Shown: one piece after another, positions 15,501 to 22,776 of the stretch | How positions within the stretch are numbered: the stretch's first letter is position 1 | Layout: each line of letters starts with the position of its first letter | Origin: a candidate division FCPU426 bacterium | GTDB lineage: Bacteria; Oederibacteriota; JAAXVQ01; JAUVAV01 | Assembly: GCA_040756875.1 (NCBI GenBank) | Contig: JBFLYH010000003.1 | Coordinates: 295,073-359,072, forward strand | Direction of reading: 5' to 3' | DNA: 64,000 nucleotides | Made by a program: the position numbers and the translations under genes | The notes under the pieces: generated by a model | What the model saw: the letters and a program-made list of their open reading frames with translations, nothing else | Told to the model about the DNA's origin: nothing | Database searches by the model: none

Positions 15501-17694
15501 GCCAGTCCAGGCGCTGATGGGCATGCCCGAGGGCCTGTTCCAAAACCTGGGCTTGATTTTTAGTCTGGGACAAAGCCGAGGCCGTCTTTTCAAATTCGCG
15601 CCGTTCCTGGGCCAGCGTGGATTCCAAGGCCCGGCTATGCGCCAGGTTGGCCTGCAAGTGCTGCTGCGCCTGGCTCAAGTCCGCCTGCAGGGCGTAATGG
15701 CGTTCCTGGGCGGCTTTCAGTTCCTGCCGCGTGCTTTCCAGCGCCGACTCCAGGGCGCGATTGTGGGCCTGCGTCGCCTCCAGGGCGGATTCCAACGTGA
15801 GGTTTTTCTCCTGGCTGGCGCGCAGCTGCAGCTGGAGACCGGCCACCTCCTTTTCCAGCGCCTCTCCGTGGGCCTGGCTGTCCAGGAGCCGCTGCTGCAA
15901 CAAGCCCAGCAATCGGGACCGCAGTTCCAAGCCCCGCTCGGCTGCCTGACCCTCCAGCGCCCGGGCCGGAGCTTGGGAAGGTATCAAATACAGGGCGTCG
16001 GTTTCAAAAACCCCCAGGGGCACCAGCCGCAGGTCCACGTCCGAGCAAACAGCAAAGGAATAAACACCCTGGCGCACTCCGGGCTGAAAGTCCGTGGTTT
16101 CAAAATCGCCCGTGAACGTGCCGTTTTCCACCCGCGCGTCCGCCTGGTCCGCGGCCAGGTACGATCCCTGGACGATTTTTTGCTTCGCCATCACCATGTT
16201 TTTATATTGTTTCCGCAGCAGCTCGATCAGTTCGGCGTGGGCCAGTTCATGCACATGATAAGGATTGGGTTCCGGGTTCACGGCGTCGAAAACGGGCTTG
16301 TCCGGGGAGGAAATGACCAGCACGCCGTCGGCTTTCAGGCAGCGTTTGATTTCCGCGAGGAATGCTTCAGGGTCCTGGATGTGCTCGATGGTTTCGAAAG
16401 ATACCACCACATCCACGCTGGCGTCCGCCAGAGGGATGGCCTCGGCCCGGCCCACCCGGAATTCCAGGTTGGGGCGGGCATACTTGCGTTGGGCGTGGGC
16501 GATCGCTTCCGGCGAAATATCCACGCCCGTCACCTGTTTGGCCTCGCGGGCCAGAAGCGCAGAGCCGTACCCTTCTCCGCAGGCCAGATCCAGCACCACC
16601 TGGCCGCGGGCCAGCTGGGCGGCCACGGCATAACGGTGCAGATGTTCGACCGCGATTTCCCCCTGCAGCGAGGGAACCAGCCTTTCGCCTGTCCAGGGCA
16701 GCTCTTCCGGTTCAGCGTCCGGTCCGGGCCCGGCAGGCTGCGTCTCCGCCGCGGCCGCTTTCCGGAGTGCGGGCTTCTGCATGACAATGCAATTCTGATC
16801 GAAGAAATAATGCGTCTTGAAATCGATCATATCGATCGCGGCGAATTTCTCTCCGCATGCTTTCCGGATATACGCCAAAGGAATCATGGCTTCGCCGTAC
16901 TGGCCGGGTATGTTCGGATCCCCGCCCAGTCCGTCGTAGCAGAACGCGCCCGCGTCATAAGCGCGCAGGACCGTGTCCTCGTCCTGAAACGCTTTGGCCG
17001 AGCCTAGGGCGTGTTCCGGCACCTCCCCGGACTCCCGGCTTTTCTTGAATTCCATCACCGCCTCGCGTGGCCGGGTGGTGATGACGAGAACGCCTCCGGG
17101 CCTCAGCAGGCGTCGAAACTCATCCATCCAGGCCAGGAAATATTTTTCCGGCAGATGCGAAAAAATGGAATAGGAGACAATGGCATCCAACGAGGCGTCC
17201 GGAAGGTTAAGCGGAGGCAGGGGGTGGATTCGTGCGAAGCGGCTGGGAAAATGCGCGTTACGGCAAAGGTTGACGGCTTCCTGGGTGACATCCACGCCTA
17301 AAAGATTTCCGGGCTGCACGTCCTTGAGCCAAAAACGCGTTATTCTGCCCCAGCCGCAGCCAAAATCCAGTAATTGGTTTTCCGGGGCCAGGGTCAAGCC
17401 CCGGCTGGCAAATGCCTGTTTGCACAGCTGGTAAAAGCCAAAAGCCTGCTTAAGAGTGGCCTCTCCGGCCTGGCCGGTGTATTTGCGCTGGATGTCCTCC
17501 GCAGGCAATGAGGGCAACAGTTCCCGCAACCAAGCCTCGGTCCTGAAGCCCTCGGTCAGGCACCAATACCAAAAATCGTCGGACAGGCTTCCGAACAAAG
17601 ATGAGATCGCCGCCGGCTCCGGACGGGCCGGTTTGGGGATGGACGGATTCAAATCGTGCATAGACCTGCCTGCTTTTGGGAAAAATAATGCCAT
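12568..17694 (-). CDS. 1708-aa multidomain glycan-assembly protein: 2 x class I SAM methyltransferase, coiled coil, WbsX-like (GH99-like) domain, GT4-type GT-B glycosyltransferase
   Basis: - MT1: '[14 protein letters not shown]' (aa ~108-121).
- MT2: '[16 protein letters not shown]' (aa ~367-382).
- Heptad-rich Ala/Gln/Leu/Glu segment, aa ~580-745: '[31 protein letters not shown]...'.
- Three 'FD...Y...YPD...P..H(F/Y)...G..EGR.P' repeats, aa ~795-905.
- WbsX-like block (aa ~955-1300): '[26 protein letters not shown] ... [13 protein letters not shown] ... NAWNEWGEG'.
- GT-B C-terminus: '[18 protein letters not shown]'.
- Start is ambiguous between ATG 17694 and ATG 17661. Confidence 0.8.
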   Translation of the reverse strand: [1708 protein letters not shown]

Positions 17695-17850
17695 ACTATA
17701 TCATACCAGCCATTAAAAAACCGCCTCTTACCCATCGTTTAATGCGTTCGGCCTCTCGATCCCGGATGGAGCGTCCGGGGTACCACCTTCAACCCTGGTT
17801 ACCTGCTCTTGGCGGCATCCCCGGAGCAACGATCCCACATTCACCTCCGA

Positions 17851-17870
17851 GCGACTGAAAGAAGTCCCTT
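17851..17870. repeat. exact 20-mer GCGACTGAAAGAAGTCCCTT, also at 54782..54801
   Basis: Read directly in both intergenic regions. The flanks are also similar: 'YAGG' immediately follows the 20-mer, and 'CGGGG.GCC' lies further downstream. Confidence 0.8.
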
Positions 17871-17921
17871 CAGGGGCAAGCTCGGGGTGCCCTGGGAGGG
17901 GGTGGCGCGCGGGATTTCGCT

Positions 17922-17951
17922 TTGACATATTTCTCTGCGTTTTGGCATAAT
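17922..17951 (+). promoter_or_regulatory. sigma70-like promoter for the GT-C gene: TTGACA-18 nt-CATAAT
   Basis: TTGACA at 17922-17927 and CATAAT at 17946-17951. Followed by an imperfect 14-bp hairpin (17957-17990) in the ~60-nt leader. Confidence 0.45.
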
Positions 17952-18016
17952 TCATCCGGACAGGTGCAACTCAATGATGAGTTGACCGTCCTTTTATCTC
18001 ATTATAAAGGCCTTCC

Positions 18017-19657
18017 ATGCAACCGGACAACTGGCGGACTTGGCTGAGTCTCGGCCTGGCTTTCATCCTGGCAAGTTTTCTCGTTTATTTCCCGGCCCTC
18101 AACCTGCCTTTGCTGGCTGATGATTATCTTTTTTGCCATCCGTTGTTGTTGCATCAGCAGTTGAGCGCTTGGGGCAGTTCCTCCCTGGGCGGCAAGGGCG
18201 TCTTTTTCAGGCCCTTGGTGATCCTAAGCTATTATATGGATGTCTCACTCTGGCCCCTTAACAGCCTGGGTTACCATGCCGTTAATCTCACGTTGCATGG
18301 TTTGAACGCCTTTCTGGTCGTGCGGCTGGCCTATTTATGGCAGCAATGGTTTCCCTTTTCAAGCAAACCGTTTGGGACGGCCCTGCTCTCCGGGATTCTT
18401 TTCCTGGTCCTGCCCAGCCATACCGAAACCGTTGCCTGGGTGTCTGGGAGGACCGATCTTCTGTCCACGTGCTTCGGCCTTTTGGCCCTGTTTTTTGGCA
18501 GCCTGTTTTTATCCAACGGCCGGTACCGCACTTTGGCATTCAGCCTTGCCGCCGTGAGCGCGGCGCTGTTCTCCAAGGAAAACGCCTTGGTGCTGACGCC
18601 GGTGCTCTTGATCACGGGCTTGATCGGGTTGAAGTCCGCGGCTGTTCCGCCTATCCGGGTCCGACAGGTAACCAGATTGGCCGGATGGTGGGCCTTGTTT
18701 TCCGCGGCTTATCTGATCGCACGTTTCAGCGTCTTGCGCCAATGGATCGGCGGTTATGGCCCGAAAATGCACTTATCACTGACTTGGGATTCACTGTTCA
18801 ACCTGGGAGTGCAGATTCCCCGGATGCTGCTCCCCGCCTTGCCGCCGGCTTGGATGGCTTTCGTTTCACCGGAGTGGGCAATCACCGTTTTTTGGATCAC
18901 CCTCGCGGCCGCCGTGCTGTCAATCTCTAGGCAGGTCAAACTCCAACCGTCGGTTTGGCTGTGGCCGGCCGGACTGGCGGCCTCGATGCTCTGCGCGCTC
19001 CTGCCCACCCTGAATATGTCAGTCCGCTTTTTCGTCATCGAAGGCGAGCGGCTTCTCTACCTGCCTTCGGTTTTTGCCTGCATGCTGTTGATCCGCCTGG
19101 TACGGCCTTTCACCCGCTCGTGGCGGACAGTTGTGGCCATGGGATTGTTGGGGCTGTCCTTCGTCGGGTTGCAATGGAACAATTCCCGGTGGGTTCAAGC
19201 CGGCCGTTTGTTCAAGACCTTGCTGGCCGAGGTGTCCGTCCAAACCACACGGCCGCGGTTGTTGATCCTGAACTTGCCGGCCGCGTATGGCGGAGCGCAC
19301 ATGTTCATTACTGGATTCGACATCGCCCTGAGGATGCACGCCTTGGTGAAAAAAGACCTGGCCGCGTTCCAGCGCATCAACCAGTTGCAGGAAATCCGGG
19401 TGTTTTCCCTGCACGATGTTTTCTCCACCGATGACGCGCTCCGGATGGATTTTACCCGCCGATCCGCCGACATGGCCCTGCTGGCGCCCGGCGCTTGTTT
19501 CCGTCTGCTGCCTCGGGAACGGACTTCCGAAGGAATTGCCATTGTCCGGCAGGATTTTCTCGCCATTTCGTTCGCTTATCCGAACGGATTGCCTGAGGAT
19601 GCCGTTGTGCTTTACTATGACCGCGGCCATCTGCAGCCGCTTGAAGCCTTGCCATGA
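18017..19657 (+). CDS. polytopic GT-C fold glycosyltransferase (PMT/ArnT/TMTC-like), 546 aa
   Basis: At least 10 hydrophobic segments. 'LNLPLLADDYLF' acidic DD motif lies just after TM1. 'YHAVNLTLHGLNAFLVVRL' resembles the TMTC/PMT-type block. No TPR tail. Confidence 0.65.
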   Translation: MQPDNWRTWLSLGLAFILASFLVYFPALNLPLLADDYLFCHPLLLHQQLSAWGSSSLGGKGVFFRPLVILSYYMDVSLWPLNSLGYHAVNLTLHGLNAFLVVRLAYLWQQWFPFSSKPFGTALLSGILFLVLPSHTETVAWVSGRTDLLSTCFGLLALFFGSLFLSNGRYRTLAFSLAAVSAALFSKENALVLTPVLLITGLIGLKSAAVPPIRVRQVTRLAGWWALFSAAYLIARFSVLRQWIGGYGPKMHLSLTWDSLFNLGVQIPRMLLPALPPAWMAFVSPEWAITVFWITLAAAVLSISRQVKLQPSVWLWPAGLAASMLCALLPTLNMSVRFFVIEGERLLYLPSVFACMLLIRLVRPFTRSWRTVVAMGLLGLSFVGLQWNNSRWVQAGRLFKTLLAEVSVQTTRPRLLILNLPAAYGGAHMFITGFDIALRMHALVKKDLAAFQRINQLQEIRVFSLHDVFSTDDALRMDFTRRSADMALLAPGACFRLLPRERTSEGIAIVRQDFLAISFAYPNGLPEDAVVLYYDRGHLQPLEALP

Positions 19658-19722
19658 ACTTCCATTTCGGAAGACACTGCCCAAGGGAAGATCATTTCCC
19701 GGAAAAAATAAACAGGGAGGGT

Positions 19723-20658
19723 TTACCAGCGTCTCGTGATTTTATTCCATCCCGCGTGTAATCGTTCCCGCCAACCCAAGCTGGCAGGCGGCCTCTTTTC
19801 CAAAGACTCCCGCTGCCACTGCCAGCATTTTTTCAGGAAGGCAAACAGCATCTCCGTGGTCTCCGCCGGACCCAGCCCGAGCATGGTGGCTGCCTGCCTT
19901 AAAATCTTCTCCCCTTCCAGCCATTCCAGGGTGCCGTTGGTTTTCAACCGGGCGTTGGACGTGTTGATCCGCCAGTAGTTCAGGCTTTGGCTGCAAAAGG
20001 CCACGTCGTTTTTTTCCAGCAGCCTGACCCAAAGCATCCAATCCCCGCAGAGTTGAAAATCTGTATTCAGAGGGCCGAGCGCCTCCAGCGCGCTTTTCCG
20101 GATCAACACGGCCGAGGCATTGGGAATGGTGTTGCGGTTGGTGAGATAATTCCGGATTTCGTCCATGCCGGAATTGACGAAGTCTCTTTGCCACCGGCCG
20201 GGCGCAAAATCCTCGGTCCAGCCGACGGCATTGCCGATCACGGCCCCGTCCTGGTTCACGATGGCAGACTGGCAGTAGGCCAGCCCGGCGCGGGGATGCT
20301 TTTCCAGCAACGCGACCAGCGTTTCCAGCAAACGCGGATCCGCCCAATCGTCGGACTCGGCCATCCAGATGTATCGGCCCTGAGACAGGGCAAACCCTTT
20401 GGCCCATTGCTTGAAGACCGATCCGGAATTCGTCTGGTTTTGGACAAACCGGATTTTGGGGTGCGGAAGGTATTTCTTGATTACCAACGGGCTTTCATCC
20501 GTGGAAGCATCGTCCAGAATGATCAATTCGAAATCTTGAAGGGTCTGTTCCAGGATCGAATCCAGACGGCGGCCCAGGTAGCGCGCGTGGTTGTAGGAGG
20601 GCACCACCACCGACACCACAGGCGCTTTCCCCGGCGTTTGGTTTGGGTTGATGTTCAC
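19723..20658 (-). CDS. family 2 glycosyltransferase, 311 aa
   Basis: 'VSVVVPSYNHARYLGRRLDSILEQT...ELIILDDASTDES' and 'MAESDD'. GTG start with AGGAG 10 nt upstream. Confidence 0.9.
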   Translation of the reverse strand: MNINPNQTPGKAPVVSVVVPSYNHARYLGRRLDSILEQTLQDFELIILDDASTDESPLVIKKYLPHPKIRFVQNQTNSGSVFKQWAKGFALSQGRYIWMAESDDWADPRLLETLVALLEKHPRAGLAYCQSAIVNQDGAVIGNAVGWTEDFAPGRWQRDFVNSGMDEIRNYLTNRNTIPNASAVLIRKSALEALGPLNTDFQLCGDWMLWVRLLEKNDVAFCSQSLNYWRINTSNARLKTNGTLEWLEGEKILRQAATMLGLGPAETTEMLFAFLKKCWQWQRESLEKRPPASLGWRERLHAGWNKITRRW

Positions 20659-20691
20659 TGCCCCGGGCTCCTGTCTGGGGATGATCGAAAT

Positions 20692-20721
20692 AAAAAACCC
20701 GCCCTGGAGGGCGGGTTTTTT
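20692..20721 (-). terminator. rho-independent (bidirectional-looking) terminator after tRNA-Gln
   Basis: AAAAAA-CCCGCCC-TGGA-GGGCGGG-TTTTTT: a 7-bp GC stem flanked by A6 and T6. Confidence 0.8.
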
Positions 20722-20726
20722 ATTTC

Positions 20727-20802
20727 TGGCTGCCGACCCAGGGCTCGAACCTGGAACCCCCTGATCCAGAGTCAGGTGCTCTGCCAGTTGAGCTAGTCGG
20801 CA
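20727..20802 (-). tRNA. tRNA-Gln (anticodon CUG), 76 nt with encoded CCA
   Basis: Hand-folded sequence: UGCCGAC-UA-GCUC-AACUGGCA-GAGC-A-CCUGA-CUCUGGA-UCAGG-GGGUU-CCAGG-UUCGAGC-CCUGG-GUCGGCA-G-CCA. The U1-A72 pair and G73 discriminator are typical of bacterial tRNA-Gln. Confidence 0.9.
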
Positions 20803-20825
20803 AACTCAAACCGCGGGTTTTGGAC

Positions 20826-22298
20826 TTATACGGTGATGCCAACGGACTTAAGGCCCGCGGCCAGGCGCTTGAGCACCCGCTCCCGGCCCAGCAATTCCAT
20901 TACCAGCAAAATCTGGGGAGAATGCTTCCGCCCAGTCAGCGCCGCCCGCAAGGGATGCACCAAATCGCCGAATTTCACCCCGGCTTGGGCCACCAAATCA
21001 CGCAGCAACGCTTCCAGGCCGGGCGAGGTGAAGGATTCTAGCACGCTGATTTGGCGGTGTAAAGTTTGAAATAATTCAGGCTTGAACTGGGCCTGATCCA
21101 GATGGTCCTGGGCCTGGGTTTCCATTTCCACCTCGTCCCCGAAGAAAAAACGGACTTGGGCCGGCAGGTCGGAAAGCAGCTTCACCTGCTCCTTGACCGC
21201 CATGGCCACCCGGCCCGCCCAGGCGCGCTCGGTTTCCGACGCCGAGGACGGCAGCAACCCGGACTGCACAAGCACGGGCAAGGCGCGTTCCAGGTATTCC
21301 GCTTCGCCCTGGTTGCGGATATATACGCCGTTCATCCATTGCAGCTTGGCCGGGTCGAAGACCGCCGGGTTTTTACTGACTTTGCGCAGGCTGAATTTTT
21401 CGATCAGCTCCTGCCGGGAAAAAATCGTGGTTTTGTCGTCGAACGACCATCCCAGCAGGGCCAGGTAGTTGATAAGCGCTTCAGGCAGGTACCCGGCTTC
21501 GGCGTAGGCGCCGACCGAGGTCGCGCCATGGCGTTTGGACAGGCGAGTGCGGTCCGGACCCAGGATCATGGGCACGTGCGCAAATTGCGGAAGAGGCTGG
21601 CTCAGCGCCTGGTAGAGGCAGATCTGCCTTGGCGTATTCGACAGGTGGTCGTCGCCGCGGATCACATGGCTGATCCGCATCGCGGCGTCGTCTACGACCG
21701 CGGCGAAATTGTAGGTCGGCAGGCCGTTGCTTCGCACCAGCACGAAGTCGTCCAGTTCCCGGTTGTCGAAAGAAACGTTCCCTCGGATCAGGTCTTCAAT
21801 CACGGTCTTTCCGCCCATGGGAATCTTCAGACGGATGACATGCGCCTCCCCGGCCCCGATCCGGGCATGGGCCTCGGACAGGGAAAGCCTACGGCAGGTG
21901 CCGTCGTATTTAACCGGCGCGCCCAGTTCCAAAGCCTGTTGGCGCTTGGCTTCAAGGGTCTCCGAGGAACAAAAGCAGGGATAGGCATGGCCGGTCTCGA
22001 TAAGCTGGGCCAGCTGCAGACGGTAGTATTCCTGGCGTTCAAGCTGGCGGTAAGGGCCGTAGGCCCCTCCTTTTTCCGGCCCTTCGTCCCAATCCAGGCC
22101 CAGCCACTTCAGATCCGCAAGAATCATCTGCACTGATTCTTCAGTGCTGCGCTCGGCGTCCGTGTCTTCCAGGCGCAGGACGAACACCCCACTGTTTTGC
22201 CGGGCAAAAAGATAATTGAACAACGCTGTGCGCGCCCCGCCGATGTGCAGGTGGCCGGTGGGCGAGGGGGCGAAACGGACACGAACTCCAGCCGACAT
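20826..22298 (-). CDS. gltX: glutamyl-tRNA synthetase, 490 aa
   Basis: 'RFAPSPTGHLHIGGARTALFNYLFAR' (HIGH motif) and 'LSKRHG' (KMSKS-type). ORF trimmed to ATG 22298 (MSAGVRVRF), which has GGAGGA 7 nt upstream. Confidence 0.95.
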   Translation of the reverse strand: MSAGVRVRFAPSPTGHLHIGGARTALFNYLFARQNSGVFVLRLEDTDAERSTEESVQMILADLKWLGLDWDEGPEKGGAYGPYRQLERQEYYRLQLAQLIETGHAYPCFCSSETLEAKRQQALELGAPVKYDGTCRRLSLSEAHARIGAGEAHVIRLKIPMGGKTVIEDLIRGNVSFDNRELDDFVLVRSNGLPTYNFAAVVDDAAMRISHVIRGDDHLSNTPRQICLYQALSQPLPQFAHVPMILGPDRTRLSKRHGATSVGAYAEAGYLPEALINYLALLGWSFDDKTTIFSRQELIEKFSLRKVSKNPAVFDPAKLQWMNGVYIRNQGEAEYLERALPVLVQSGLLPSSASETERAWAGRVAMAVKEQVKLLSDLPAQVRFFFGDEVEMETQAQDHLDQAQFKPELFQTLHRQISVLESFTSPGLEALLRDLVAQAGVKFGDLVHPLRAALTGRKHSPQILLVMELLGRERVLKRLAAGLKSVGITV

Positions 22299-22386
22299 TT
22301 TATTCCTCCACAGGTTCCGGCCCGGGCTTGGCAAGCCGGCCGGTCGTTAAATGCTTCGGAAGTTGGCCCTCAGAAGGGGGAAGGGG

Positions 22387-22776
22387 TTATTTGCGGGCGC
22401 GCAGGGGATCAAACTTGAGTTCGGGTTCGAACTTTTCGACACCCATGTCGCAATTGCCTTTGAAAATGACGCCGTCGGCGATGGCCACGCGCGGGGAGTG
22501 AATGTCCCCCTGCAGCTGCCCGGTCGGCATGATTTCGATCCGCTTGGAGGCAAAAACATTGCCCGAGACTTTTCCGGAAATCAGCACGGTCTTGGCCGTC
22601 AAATTGCCCTTGACGACCCCTTTTTCCCCGATGATCAGGCTTTCTTCGCTAGCCACATTGCCTTCGATTTTGCCGTCGATGCGAACAGTGCCCTTGGCAT
22701 TGATCTGTCCCTTGATTTCGGAGCCGGCGCCTAAAATAGTATCTACACCCTTGGCGTTTTGGATCTCGTCGCTCAT
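22387..22776 (-). CDS. bactofilin family cytoskeletal protein, 129 aa
   Basis: Repetitive beta-helix pattern: 'IKGQINAKGTVRIDGKIEGNV...GVVKGNLTAKTVLISGKVSGNVFASKRIEIMPTGQLQGDI'. Confidence 0.85.
   Translation of the reverse strand: MSDEIQNAKGVDTILGAGSEIKGQINAKGTVRIDGKIEGNVASEESLIIGEKGVVKGNLTAKTVLISGKVSGNVFASKRIEIMPTGQLQGDIHSPRVAIADGVIFKGNCDMGVEKFEPELKFDPLRARK

Noticed and set aside
13642-17007. 1121-aa plus-strand ORF
   Set aside because: It is antisense to the domain-rich 1708-aa gene. The peptide is Arg/Gly/Pro/Leu-rich with no motifs. It is a typical shadow ORF of high-GC coding DNA, which has few stop codons on the opposite strand.
17847-17915. Possible RNase P RNA, because 'GAAAGAAGUCCC...GGGGCAAG...GGGUGCCCUGGGAGGGGG' vaguely recalls the P4/'GAAAGUCCGGGC...AGGGCA..GGGUGCCAGG' region
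   Set aside because: - The universally conserved GGAAAGUCC is not matched.
- Only ~150 nt remain before a well-supported gene, whereas an RNase P RNA needs ~300 nt more.
- The core 20-mer recurs in another intergenic region, which fits a repeat.
17728-17955. 75-aa minus-strand ORF in the divergent intergenic region
   Set aside because: It has no SD and no recognisable domain. It coincides with the hairpin-dense GC-rich element and is more likely non-coding.
17982-18008. TTGACC-15 nt-TATAAA just 8 nt before ATG 18017, implying a leaderless mRNA; likewise TATGAT (17705-17700, minus strand) 5 nt before ATG 17694
   Set aside because: The spacing and the -35 elements are poor. A much better TTGACA-18-CATAAT promoter exists at 17922-17951. 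Leaderless initiation cannot be supported from sequence alone.
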